Source: Gemmatimonadota bacterium (lineage in GTDB: Bacteria; Gemmatimonadota; Gemmatimonadetes; Palauibacterales; Palauibacteraceae). Taken from it: DNA of 64,000 bases. The stretch covers positions 1 through 64,000 of the forward strand of contig JBDHAC010000017.1 of NCBI GenBank assembly GCA_039588275.1, written 5' to 3'. The notes below the pieces were generated by a model. The model did not search any database. It had not been told where the DNA came from and was given only the letters and a program-made list of their open reading frames with translations. A program made the translations under genes and the position numbers. Positions 49,040 to 58,429 of the stretch are shown here, one piece after another (the first letter of the stretch is position 1; every line of letters starts with the position of its first letter).

Positions 49040-49198
49040 ATAGGGGGCCTTCTGCTTCGCTAGGTCAGCCCATCCGAGCTCGAGCTATACGCTGGGATAG
49101 CGAAGAAAGGCTCGTGGCGTATGGCGTTCCAGCGAAATACGCCGGAGTGGCGGGCCGCTTTTGAGTCCGGCGCGTCTGCCAGTTCCGCCACTCCGGCG
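49040..49198 (-). pseudogene. tRNA-Leu(CAA) 5' half fused at the anticodon loop to an att arm
   Basis: 49159-49198 is identical (40 bp) to 45347-45386; after CTCAAAA the sequence matches the 42098-42215 arm rather than the tRNA. Confidence 0.88.
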
Positions 49199-49340
49199 AG
49201 TGGAGTGATTAGTAAGGCCGAGCGAGCGCGTTCGCTACTGTCGGTTGTCTCGGGTTCTGCCCCCTCAACTCTCTGAATCGCGCACTGCAATCCACGCGTA
49301 CGCATGGGTGAACCTGACACGGTTACCTGGAGGCCCCCGC

Positions 49341-49676
49341 ATGGACATGGACCTGGCGCTGATTCTGGCATTCGTCGTGACATCGCTCTTCATCGTCGTC
49401 GGGGGAATCGTGCTCTTCCCGATCGCCCGACGGCTCGGCGCGTACCTGGAGACGTTGGCCCTCGAGCGCCGCAAGCCACAGGCGCCAGCCCTCCAGGATC
49501 CCACTGGCTTGCAGGAGTATCTCACGGGCGTGTCCGCCTCGCTCGAATCCATCGAGGGCCGTCTCGACCTGATCGACGAGCGGCAGACCTTCCTGGAGCA
49601 CCTCGTCGAGAATCGCTCGCCCGAGCGGTTGGCCCAGGGCGTGGCGCCGAAGGATGCCCGGACGCCCACCGCCTGA
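49341..49676 (+). CDS. Hypothetical membrane-anchored coiled-coil protein
   Basis: GGAGG RBS; N-terminal TM; LESIEGRLDLIDERQTFLEHL coiled coil. Confidence 0.75.
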   Translation: MDMDLALILAFVVTSLFIVVGGIVLFPIARRLGAYLETLALERRKPQAPALQDPTGLQEYLTGVSASLESIEGRLDLIDERQTFLEHLVENRSPERLAQGVAPKDARTPTA

Positions 49677-50028
49677 AGGGGTTTGCTCGTGAGCGGCCGC
49701 CCGACCTAGGTTGGGGATAAGAGAATGCCGGTGCGCGCGGTATTTGAGCGGCGTGATTGCCGTCATGTCCTTGCCACAGGAGGGTGCCGCGACGCACCGG
49801 CATTTTTTTCGCCTCGGGACTTCGCCCGGGCATCTATCTGTAATACGGAACTCGGGACCAAATTTGTTTCCCAGCCCGTCCGAGTTCTAAGACACCCGCC
49901 ACCGTCGTTTGGTTGCTTTTCGGCGTCCCTCACCAGAACGAGGCCAACGGTGAATGGGTGCCGCGGACGCGAGGAACCGAGCGCGCCCTCGACACGCGCC
50001 GGGGCGCGACGGTCAACCGAGGCGAGGG

Positions 50029-51135
50029 TTAGACGGGCAAGTAGAAGAACACCAGCCCGAGAATCAGGTAGATGGCGAGCAACAGGACCCCTTCCATCCA
50101 GTGCGTGATTCCATCGTCCGCAATGCTGGAGATCGCGAGCACGGATAGCCCTACCGCCACCACCTCGAGCGACGTGAAGCGCAGATCCATGGGCGCTGGC
50201 CCGATCGCGTAGCTGAGGAAGACGAGCAGCGGCGCCACGAAGAGTGCGATCTGTACAGAAGAGCCGACCGCGATCTGGACGGAGAGATCCATCTTGTTCT
50301 TGAGGGCCATCAGCACCGCGGTCGAATGCTCGGCCGCGTTCCCGACGAGCGCGACCACGATCACGCCGATGAACACCTCGTTCATGCCCAACGTGTGCGC
50401 AGCGTCCTCGGCGGCGCCAACGAGGATCTCGCTCATGAGCCCGACGACCGCTGCCGCAGCGAGGAGCACGCCCAGCGCCTTTCTCGCGGACCACGTCGGG
50501 GTGTCTTCGCCCGCATGGTCTCCGCCGTCTCCGGCCTCATGGTGGTGACGCTCGCCCACGTACAGGTGTTGGTGTGTGCGAAGCGTGAACACGAGCGCCA
50601 GGACGTAGCTGGCCATCAGGACGACCGCGATCGTCAGGCTGAGAGGCTGCTCGTTGGCTAGGCTGGTGGGCGCGATCTGGTGGTACACGGCGGGGACGAC
50701 GAGGCCGATGGCGCTCAACAGCAACATGGTGGACCCGAGGCTCGCCGCGGTGCGGTTGAACTCTTGCCGCCTGTAGCGCAGGCCGCCAAGCAAGGCGCTC
50801 AGACCGAACACGAGCAGGATGTTCCCGATGATGGACCCGGTGAGCGAGGCCTTGACCAGATCGGTCAGCCCCGCGCGGAGCGCGAAGATCGCGATGATCA
50901 GCTCGGCGGCGTTGCCGAACGTGGCGTTCAGCAGGCCGCCCAGCCCCGTGCCGACCCGCACCGCCAACATCTCGGTCGATCTTCCCATCAAGCCTGCGAG
51001 CGGGATGATCGCGAGCGCCGAGCACGCGAAGATGGCGACGGCGGACGCATGCCAAACGTATTCGATGGCCAGCGTGACGGGGATAAAGACCAGCAGGATG
51101 GAGAGTGCGTTTTCTGCGCTGAGCCGCCGTGTCAC
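50029..51135 (-). CDS. cax: Calcium/proton exchanger (CAX/ChaA family)
   Basis: [34 protein letters not shown] alpha-repeats; GTG start downstream of tRNA-Cys. Confidence 0.92.
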   Translation of the reverse strand: MTRRLSAENALSILLVFIPVTLAIEYVWHASAVAIFACSALAIIPLAGLMGRSTEMLAVRVGTGLGGLLNATFGNAAELIIAIFALRAGLTDLVKASLTGSIIGNILLVFGLSALLGGLRYRRQEFNRTAASLGSTMLLLSAIGLVVPAVYHQIAPTSLANEQPLSLTIAVVLMASYVLALVFTLRTHQHLYVGERHHHEAGDGGDHAGEDTPTWSARKALGVLLAAAAVVGLMSEILVGAAEDAAHTLGMNEVFIGVIVVALVGNAAEHSTAVLMALKNKMDLSVQIAVGSSVQIALFVAPLLVFLSYAIGPAPMDLRFTSLEVVAVGLSVLAISSIADDGITHWMEGVLLLAIYLILGLVFFYLPV

Positions 51136-51178
51136 CGCCGCGTCTCCCGGTCCACGCACCAGAGTCCGATGGGTAAGA

Positions 51179-51249
51179 AGGCGCCGTCCGGATTCGAACC
51201 GGAGTAGGGGGCTTTGCAGGCCCCTGCCTAGCCGCTCGGCCACGGCGCC
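51179..51249 (-). tRNA. tRNA-Cys(GCA)
   Basis: GGCGCCG acceptor stem, GGGGC-CTGCAAA-GCCCC anticodon arm, TCCGGTTCGAATCCGGA T-arm, U discriminator. Confidence 0.95.
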
Positions 51250-51377
51250 ACGACGGACGAAAGCCTAATCGGTTTTCGGTCACCGGTAAAGACCGCGATC
51301 GGCCTCGCGCGGGCACATTCTACCCCCGAAGGTGACCCGGGGTCGCCGGGGCGACCCCGCCGGTCTATACTCGCCGC

Positions 51378-53327
51378 ATGCTGACCCGAATCTCTGGCCC
51401 GGACACCGGGTTACGCGGCCTCATGCCGCCGGCGCGACCGCCTGTGATGCACCCCGCATCGCGCGCTCCAGGGGCGCCGGGGGCATGGCTGGCGATCGTC
51501 GGGATGCTCGCCGTGCTCGCCTTGCCTGCCGGAGCCGCCGCCCAGTTCCGGGACGCGAGGCTGCCACCCAAAGGCGAGCTCTGGTTCGACCTTACCGGGT
51601 CGTTGCTCAACTGGGATTCGCAGTTCGCCCTGGACAGCCCGGACTCGGAGCTCGGGGACGGGGCGCGCGAGCCGCTGTTCAGGGACTTCGACGGCCCGAT
51701 CGCGGACCGCTTGTTCCCCGGTGCGACCTCACTGATCGACGGGCTCAACGCGGATGCCGATGCCCTCGGCTTCGACCCGGTCGCGCCGGAGGGCTTCTCC
51801 ATGGGCAACCTCGAGTTCGGGACGATCAACGCCCAGCGGCGGCGGCTCGAGTTCGGCTTCGAGCTCGGCTTCTTGGACCGGATAAGCCTCGAAGCTCGGG
51901 TTCCGCTGGCGTCCGCCGAAGTCGAGCCCTGGTTCGCGTTCGATTCAGCCTCCGCTACGATGCTGCCGGCGGCGAACGCGATCCCCACCGGCTTCTTCAC
52001 GGGGTTCCGAACGGCCGTGGCGGACCTGGATGGACTGATCGCGGCAGGTACGCTGTCGCCCGGCGATATGGCGATCGCCGTCGGGCTACGTGACGGAGCG
52101 ACGGTGTTCGTCGATGCGCTCGAGCGCCGGGTCATGGAGCTGCTGCTCATCCCGACGGGCCTCAGCCCCGCGGGGATGCAAATGATCTCGCACGTGGACT
52201 CGCTCGTTGCAGGGTTCGGGCTCTTCGATGTCACCCTGCCGGCGCTGCCACTTCCCGAAGTGGCAGCCGCCGCGGACATGACACGCCTGTTCACCGACCC
52301 GCCCCTGTCGGGAATGGTGCCGGGGCCCAGCGATCGAGCCTGGGCGTTGGGAGAGATCGAGCTCGGGGCTCGTTTCGGCATCCTGGACCAGATCACGCAC
52401 ACGCTCACCCTGGAGGCTCCGAGCCCGGCGGCAGAACCGCCCGTAGAGACACCCACCGAACCGCCCCTAGAGACACCCACCGAACCGCCCGCTCAGGACC
52501 CAGCCGCCGAGGCCGGCGAGCCGGAGCAGCCGGGGGAGGAGCCGGCGCCGGAGCCGGCGCAGGAACCGGTCATCGATACATCGCCCGCGAGCGATGTCAG
52601 CTTCCTCCGACTTCGCACGACCGTCGGGGCAAAGGTCCGCCTGCCGGCCGGATCTCCGAACGCGCTCCCGTACGAGAACCCGTCCGACTTCATCGGGATT
52701 CCGATCGGCGACGGTCAGATGGATGTCGAGGTCGCCCTCTACCAGGACATCGCCTTCGGCAAGCGGCTCCTGTTCAGCGTCGCCGCACAGTACGGTCTGC
52801 AGCTCGCGGATGAGCTCACGCTGCGGATCCGCCCGCCGGATCGTCCGTTCACGTTCGAGGGCACCCAAGCGTTGGTTCAGCGGGACCTGGGCGATTACGT
52901 GCAGGTGCGTCTGGCGCCGCGGTTCCAGCTCTCGGGTGGGATGTGGCTCGGGTTCGAGTACGGGGTGTGGCACAAAGGGGTCGACCGGTACGAGTTCGGG
53001 CCGACGCTCCCGGGGATCGAGGACGCCACTTCCCTCGAGATCGAATCCGAGCAGCGGCGCAACCGGTGGGGGATCACGTTCCTGTTCGAGCCGGGCCAGG
53101 GCGCCCGGCGCCCTGAGACGCCCCCTCGCCGCGAGTCCGCGGGCGATGCAGTCGCCGAAGGCGGTCCGGAGACGGCGGGACGGGAGGCAGTCCAGCGCCC
53201 TCAGCGCCGAACCAGTGGTTGGCGGTTCGCGATCACCCTGCAGCGCGCGGCATCGGGGTCGGGGGGACAGACTCCGGCCTCCTCGCTCGTGGCGGTGACC
53301 GTGCGAGCGCCGATCCGGATCTTCTAG
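51378..53327 (+). CDS. Hypothetical exported / outer-membrane protein with Pro/Glu-rich linker
   Basis: Signal peptide ending AAAQ; beta-strand pattern; terminal Phe. Start uncertain. Confidence 0.65.
   Translation: MLTRISGPDTGLRGLMPPARPPVMHPASRAPGAPGAWLAIVGMLAVLALPAGAAAQFRDARLPPKGELWFDLTGSLLNWDSQFALDSPDSELGDGAREPLFRDFDGPIADRLFPGATSLIDGLNADADALGFDPVAPEGFSMGNLEFGTINAQRRRLEFGFELGFLDRISLEARVPLASAEVEPWFAFDSASATMLPAANAIPTGFFTGFRTAVADLDGLIAAGTLSPGDMAIAVGLRDGATVFVDALERRVMELLLIPTGLSPAGMQMISHVDSLVAGFGLFDVTLPALPLPEVAAAADMTRLFTDPPLSGMVPGPSDRAWALGEIELGARFGILDQITHTLTLEAPSPAAEPPVETPTEPPLETPTEPPAQDPAAEAGEPEQPGEEPAPEPAQEPVIDTSPASDVSFLRLRTTVGAKVRLPAGSPNALPYENPSDFIGIPIGDGQMDVEVALYQDIAFGKRLLFSVAAQYGLQLADELTLRIRPPDRPFTFEGTQALVQRDLGDYVQVRLAPRFQLSGGMWLGFEYGVWHKGVDRYEFGPTLPGIEDATSLEIESEQRRNRWGITFLFEPGQGARRPETPPRRESAGDAVAEGGPETAGREAVQRPQRRTSGWRFAITLQRAASGSGGQTPASSLVAVTVRAPIRIF
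52434..52490 (+). repeat. 24-bp coding tandem repeat (2.4 copies)
   Basis: GAACCGCCC(G/C)TAGAGACACCCACC x2 + GAACCGCCC, encoding EPPVETPT-EPPLETPT-EPP. Confidence 0.85.
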
Positions 53328-53399
53328 ACGGTACTCCTTCGCGCGGCGCCCACCTCCCGGTGCAAGGTACGCTCGCCCTCACATCGACCGGCGAGCGGC

Positions 53400-55067
53400 T
53401 CAGGCGCTCGCTACCCCCAGGAGCTCCTCCGCGTGCGTGCGTGAAGCCTCGCTCTCGGGATCCCCACCCAACATGCGAGCCAGCTCCCGCACCCGGTCGC
53501 CGCCCTCGAGGGCCTGGACCCGAGTCCGCGGGCGCTCCCCCTCCGTGAGCTTGTCGACGGAGAGGTGAGCCGTGGCGCGCGCCGCGATCTGCGCCAGATG
53601 CGTCACGACGAGGACCTGGTGGGAGCCCGCGACCCCTGCCAACCGTTCCGCGACCCGATGGGCGACTTCGCCCCCGATGCCCACATCCACCTCATCGAAG
53701 ATGAGGATCGGCACCTCGTCCACCTCCACCAGCGCCGTCTTCAGCGCGAGCATGAGGCGGCTCATCTCTCCCCCGGACGCGACCCGGGCGAGAGGAGCCG
53801 GCTCGAACCCCGGATTCAGGGAAACCCGGAACTCGACCCGTTCCCTGCCCCCGGGCGTCACCTCATCCTGAGGCTCCAGGCAGACGACGAATCGACCTCC
53901 CGCCAGCCCGAGCTCGGGGAGCGACCGGCCGACCATGTCCTCGAGCCGTCGTGCGGCGCTTGCCCGCGCTTCGCTCAGGCTTCGCGACCTGGCATCCAGT
54001 CGGATCGCGCACGCCGAGCGCTCCGCTTCGAGCCGCTCGATCTCATCGTCGGACCCTTCGATCGAGGCGAGCTCGGCACGCGCTGCGGCGCCCGCCGCGA
54101 TGACCTCCGCCAGAGTGTCGCCGTACTTACGCTTCAGCCGATACAACGCATCGATGCGCTCGCGTACCTGGCTGAGCCGGGTCGGATCGTGCTCGACGCC
54201 CGTTCGGTATTCGCCAACCCGGCGACCGAGCTCCTCGAGGGCCCTGAGCGCCGTCTCGTGCAACTCCTCGAACGCTGCTCCCTCGGAATCGATGCGAGTC
54301 ACCTCGGTGAGACTGCCCGCGAGCTCCCCGAGGCGATCCACCACGGACCCCTCTCCTTCGTAGATCCCCTCGTACAGCTTCCCCGTCAGGGCGAGCAATT
54401 CCTCGGAGTGCGTGAGGCGTCTCGCCTCTCGCTCGAGCTGGTCTTCCTCGTCAGGATCGAGGGCGGCTGTCTCGATTTCCTCCGCCTTGAAACGCAGGTA
54501 GTCGACCCGCTCTCGACCTTCCGACGCCCTCTTTCGCGCTTCGGCGATGCGCTCATCGAGAGCTCGTAGCTCACCGTGCGCCCTAACCACGTCGGCCGCG
54601 AGCTCGGTGACACCTCCGAAGGCGTCGAGGATCTTCCGCTGCTCGGGTCGGTGCAGCAGATGTTGGTGTTCGTGCTGCCCGTGCAGGTCGAGGAGGCGGT
54701 CACCCAACTCCCGCACGAGCGACATCGTGGCGGGCGAGGAGTTGATCCACGCGCGGTGGCGACCCTCCCGCCGGAGCTCACGCTTCAGGACGAGCCAGCC
54801 ATCTTCCGCCTCCAGACCGGCCCTCTCGCAGCGCTCGACGATATCGGAGCGCGCTTCGATCTCGAACCGGCCCTCGATGCGTGCTCGCTCGGCTCCGGCG
54901 CGGATGTAATCGGCGGACGCACGTTCCCCCACGAGGAGCGATAGCGCCTCCACGAGTATCGACTTTCCAGTCCCGGTTTCTCCGCTTAGTACCGTGAGGC
55001 CCGGTCCGAACTCGACGGAGAGCTCGTCGATGACGGCAAAATCGCGGATACGGAGCTCGCGCAGCAT
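53400..55067 (-). CDS. recN: DNA repair protein RecN
   Basis: GETGTGKS, HGQHEHQ, ASGGEMSR, FDEVDVG, VTHLAQIA. Confidence 0.96.
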   Translation of the reverse strand: MLRELRIRDFAVIDELSVEFGPGLTVLSGETGTGKSILVEALSLLVGERASADYIRAGAERARIEGRFEIEARSDIVERCERAGLEAEDGWLVLKRELRREGRHRAWINSSPATMSLVRELGDRLLDLHGQHEHQHLLHRPEQRKILDAFGGVTELAADVVRAHGELRALDERIAEARKRASEGRERVDYLRFKAEEIETAALDPDEEDQLEREARRLTHSEELLALTGKLYEGIYEGEGSVVDRLGELAGSLTEVTRIDSEGAAFEELHETALRALEELGRRVGEYRTGVEHDPTRLSQVRERIDALYRLKRKYGDTLAEVIAAGAAARAELASIEGSDDEIERLEAERSACAIRLDARSRSLSEARASAARRLEDMVGRSLPELGLAGGRFVVCLEPQDEVTPGGRERVEFRVSLNPGFEPAPLARVASGGEMSRLMLALKTALVEVDEVPILIFDEVDVGIGGEVAHRVAERLAGVAGSHQVLVVTHLAQIAARATAHLSVDKLTEGERPRTRVQALEGGDRVRELARMLGGDPESEASRTHAEELLGVASA

Positions 55068-55094
55068 CAGGTCGAGGATGTCCGGGCCGGCGTG

Positions 55095-55970
55095 CTAGAC
55101 GTCGCTGGGGCGCACGTCACCCCACCGCAGCTTGCGACGCAGCACCGAGAAGAAGCTGTACCCCGGGAGCCGAAAGAGTCGGACGGGGTGCTCGGAGCGG
55201 ACGACCTCCACGCGGTCTCGGGCGCTCAGCTCGGTTCCGGGCTGCCCGTCGACGGTCAGGGCCAGGTCGTCGTGGCCCCCGAGGATTTCGACTGTGACCT
55301 TCGTCGTAGCCGGTAGCACCACGGGTCGAACAGCGAGCGTGTGGGGCGAGATGGGAGTGGCGATGAGCCCGTCCATCGTGGGGACCAGGATCGGCCCGCC
55401 TGCCGAGAGACTGTAGGCGGTGGAGCCTGTGGCGGTCGCCACGATGATGCCGTCCGCGCTGTACTGACCGATCGGCTCATCATCGGCCCACAGGCGTAGC
55501 GTGATGAGGCGCGCCGTCCCACTCTTGTGTACCACGGCATCGTTGACCGAATAGAAGGCGCGCATCGGATCCGGCGGACCGTCGTCGTCCTTCTGCCGGA
55601 CAGTCACCTGTAGCGCGAGGCGCTGTTCCTCGTCGCAGTCGCCGGATGCGATCACGCGGAGCGCTTCCTCCAACTCGTCCCGCGCCACCACGGTCAGAAA
55701 CCCGAGCCGACCCAGGTTGCACCCGAGGACCCGGAGGTTGCGAGGTCCGGCGATCCGCGCACCGCGCAGAAAGGTCCCATCGCCCCCGAGTGTCAGGATC
55801 CAATCGAGCTCGTCGAGTGACTCCTCGAGCGAGCCTCGGCCCGGAAGCGAATCAGCTCGGTCTTGCTCCAGGTGGAACTCCATACCGAGCGGCCGGGCCA
55901 CTTCGACGAGCCGCTCGAGGAGCGACTCCATCCCCTGGTAGTGCGGGTTTGTGACGACGCCTACATGCAT
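55095..55970 (-). CDS. nadK: NAD kinase
   Basis: LGGDGTFL, NLGRLGFL, ADG...TATGSTAYSLSAGGP. Confidence 0.95.
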   Translation of the reverse strand: MHVGVVTNPHYQGMESLLERLVEVARPLGMEFHLEQDRADSLPGRGSLEESLDELDWILTLGGDGTFLRGARIAGPRNLRVLGCNLGRLGFLTVVARDELEEALRVIASGDCDEEQRLALQVTVRQKDDDGPPDPMRAFYSVNDAVVHKSGTARLITLRLWADDEPIGQYSADGIIVATATGSTAYSLSAGGPILVPTMDGLIATPISPHTLAVRPVVLPATTKVTVEILGGHDDLALTVDGQPGTELSARDRVEVVRSEHPVRLFRLPGYSFFSVLRRKLRWGDVRPSDV

Positions 55971-55975
55971 GCGGC

Positions 55976-56914
55976 TCAGCTCTTTCGCTCGACGACGAGG
56001 TGCACCATAGCACGCAGTTGGCCTGCTCCCTCGAGCCCCACCAGCTCGGTGCGGGCCCGGGCTGCCAGCTCTCGCCCCAGGCGCGTCGCCTCCCGAACGC
56101 CCACAATCGATGGCACGGTGGCCTTCCCGAGGGCCGCGTCTCTCCCTCCGGCCTTCCCCATCTCTCGGGACGAGCCGGTGACGTCCAGGATGTCATCTAC
56201 GACCTGGAACGCCAAGCCCAGGTTCCGGCCGAAACGCTCGAGTCGCTGCTCCGTCTCGGTCGGGGCGTTCGCTGCAACCGCCCCCATCACACAGGCGGCA
56301 GCGATCAGCCGGGCGGTCTTTCCCAGGTGAATCTTCTCCAGCTCCTCCGGGGTCACGGCCCGTCCCTCGGCGTCCAGATCCCGGAGCTGGCCTCCGACCA
56401 TCCCGGACCCGCCCGCGGCGACGGTCAAGGCGCGAATCAGGCGGGCTACTCGATCCGGTTCCAGTCGCAGCCGAGCGCCCGCGACCGCGATCGCCCGAAT
56501 GGCGAGCGGCATGAGCGCGGCCCCGGCCAGCGTCGCCGTCTCAACCCCGAATTCCACATGTAGGGTAGGCCGGCCGCGGCGAAGCAGGTCATCATCCATG
56601 CACGGCAGGTCATCGTGGATAAGGGAGTAGGCGTGGACCAACTCGACACTGCACGCCAGCAATTCGACGCCCGACCGCGGCACCCCCGCCGTGCGCGCCT
56701 CACCCCCGGCCGCGCGATAAGACGCTACGAGGAGCAGCGGCCGGATACGCTTGCCCGGCGCGAGTACGGCGTGGCGTAAGGCCGCGGATACGGGCGGTGC
56801 GGCCTCCCGCAGCTCTCCATCGAGGAAGGCGGCCAGCTCGGTGTCGACCGCCTCCCGTACGCTCGCGAGATCCGCGTCGTGGAGCCGGGTCTCAGGACCG
56901 GTCCCCGTCGCCAT
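55976..56914 (-). CDS. ispA: Polyprenyl (farnesyl/geranylgeranyl) diphosphate synthase
   Basis: GKRIRP, HAYSLIHDDLPCMDDD..RRG, FQVVDDILD. Confidence 0.92.
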   Translation of the reverse strand: MATGTGPETRLHDADLASVREAVDTELAAFLDGELREAAPPVSAALRHAVLAPGKRIRPLLLVASYRAAGGEARTAGVPRSGVELLACSVELVHAYSLIHDDLPCMDDDLLRRGRPTLHVEFGVETATLAGAALMPLAIRAIAVAGARLRLEPDRVARLIRALTVAAGGSGMVGGQLRDLDAEGRAVTPEELEKIHLGKTARLIAAACVMGAVAANAPTETEQRLERFGRNLGLAFQVVDDILDVTGSSREMGKAGGRDAALGKATVPSIVGVREATRLGRELAARARTELVGLEGAGQLRAMVHLVVERKS

Positions 56915-57164
56915 CGGATTCGTCCTCGGGTTCGGGTGGACTGAACTCGACCTCGCTCAGCTCGCCCGTCGATTGGGTGATCAGCTCTTCGACCTTGCCG
57001 CGCGTTTCCTCCAACAAAAGGTTCGCCGCCCGAACATGCAGGATCCCCTCCTCGAAGAGCGCCATGGCCTCGTCCAGTCCGAGCTCATCCGAGTCGAGTG
57101 CCGCCACGATGCGCTCGAGCTCTGCCAGCGCCTTCTCGAAGTCGTCCATAGGCTCGGGCATCAT
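56892..57164 (-). CDS. xseB: Exodeoxyribonuclease VII small subunit
   Basis: FEKALAELERIV..L....LGLDEAMALFEEG. Confidence 0.92.
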   Translation of the reverse strand: MMPEPMDDFEKALAELERIVAALDSDELGLDEAMALFEEGILHVRAANLLLEETRGKVEELITQSTGELSEVEFSPPEPEDESDGDGDRS

Positions 57165-58429
57165 TCACTCCCGTGTGGCTCGACTCGATCGGAGCGGCAA
57201 TGGACCGTTCCATCGCTCACGCGGAGCCGAAACTCTCCTCCCTCCTCGAACATGCCGGTGGTGCGCAGCACGCGCCCATCGGGTGCGAGCGGTACCGCGT
57301 ATCCACGACGAAGCGTGTGCAACGGGCTGAGCGCATCGAGACGCTCCGCGAGCCGCAGCCACCGCGCGCCGTCACGCTCCAGTCGATACCGCATGTAGGC
57401 GCGAAGTCGTTCCTCGAGCCGCGCGGCGCGCCTGGCACCATCACGTCCGCGGCGGCGTAGCCCCGTCACCATTCCGGCGGAAAAGCGCCGGACTCGGGTC
57501 CGCAGGGCCTCCCGATCTGGCACCGCCATCTCCGCCGCAGCGGAGGGAGTGGGGGCGCGGACATCGGCGACGAGATCGACGATCGTCACATCCACCTCGT
57601 GCCCGACCGCTGCGATGACCGGAACCGGACACGCCGCCACCGCGCGCGCCACGGTCTCTTCGTTGAAACACCAGAGGTCTTCGACCGACCCACCACCCCG
57701 CGTGAGGATGATCAGGTCGAGGCCCGGGTACCTCCCGAGCGTTTCCAGAGCGCTTCGGATCTCGACGCCCGCGCCCTCTCCCTGTACCCGACAGTCTCGC
57801 ACCAGCACGCCGGTCCACGGAGCGCGACGCCGTACGACGGTGAGGATGTCCCGCAGCGCCGCGCCGCCACGCGACGTGACGACCCCGATCCGACGTGGGA
57901 CCATGGGCAGCGGTCGCTTTCTGGCGGGGTCGAGCAGGCCCTCGTCCTGGAGCAGGCGCCGAAGACGCTCGAACGCCAGGCGCCATAAGCCTTCCCCTCT
58001 CGCCTGGAGGTTCCGCACGATGAGCTGGTAGCGGCCTCGCTGTGGGTACAACGAAACCTGCCCGAACGCGCAGATCTCCATTCCCTCCTCGGGATCGGTG
58101 GGAAGGCGCCACGCATCACCCTGGAACAGCACGCATTGAATCTGCGCCCGGTCGTCTCGCAGGCTGAAGTACCGGTGCCCGGACGCCGCGACACGCCAGT
58201 TCGTGACCTCCCCGAGGATCCAAAGCGGTTGGAAGGTACCCTCCAGGACGTCCCGTGCCGCATCGTTGAGCGCGGAGACCGGGAGTGGTCGTTCCGGGGA
58301 GCTTCCGAGCGGCAGTCGCTCGAGGTCATCCGCCACGCGGCCGTCGCCCTGCTCGACGGACTCGAGGGTCGCGTCGGCGCGCTCGGGGGCGCGCCCGTCG
58401 AACAGCGAGAACTGTCGTCTTTGGCTCAT
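57161..58429 (-). CDS. xseA: Exodeoxyribonuclease VII large subunit
   Basis: SGHRYFSL, RGGGSVEDLWCFN, VGHEVD, APTPSAAAE; ATGA overlap with folD. Confidence 0.95.
   Translation of the reverse strand: MSQRRQFSLFDGRAPERADATLESVEQGDGRVADDLERLPLGSSPERPLPVSALNDAARDVLEGTFQPLWILGEVTNWRVAASGHRYFSLRDDRAQIQCVLFQGDAWRLPTDPEEGMEICAFGQVSLYPQRGRYQLIVRNLQARGEGLWRLAFERLRRLLQDEGLLDPARKRPLPMVPRRIGVVTSRGGAALRDILTVVRRRAPWTGVLVRDCRVQGEGAGVEIRSALETLGRYPGLDLIILTRGGGSVEDLWCFNEETVARAVAACPVPVIAAVGHEVDVTIVDLVADVRAPTPSAAAEMAVPDREALRTRVRRFSAGMVTGLRRRGRDGARRAARLEERLRAYMRYRLERDGARWLRLAERLDALSPLHTLRRGYAVPLAPDGRVLRTTGMFEEGGEFRLRVSDGTVHCRSDRVEPHGSE

Larger units (their letters stand above)
41782..49198. mobile_element. Composite degenerate genomic islets at tRNA-Leu(CAA)
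   Basis: Bounded by a tRNA 5' half (49159-49197) and a 3' half (41782-41908) in the same orientation; contains an intact tRNA, an integrase remnant and arm-type repeats. Confidence 0.75.

Noticed and set aside
49005..49040. TCAGG...TCCGGAAGAAGAGCAGC resembling SRP (4.5S) RNA domain IV
   Set aside because: TCC cannot pair with GAA around the GGAA loop, the spacing to TCAGG is wrong, and there is no enclosing long helix.
41782..49198. Split tRNA joined by trans-splicing, or a group I intron in the anticodon loop
   Set aside because: An intact copy is present, the 3' half has a destroyed T-loop, the loop heptamer is duplicated (typical of att sites), and no intron core is visible.
52434..52490. 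Possible CRISPR repeat
   Set aside because: Contiguous in-frame units without spacers; no cas genes in the window.
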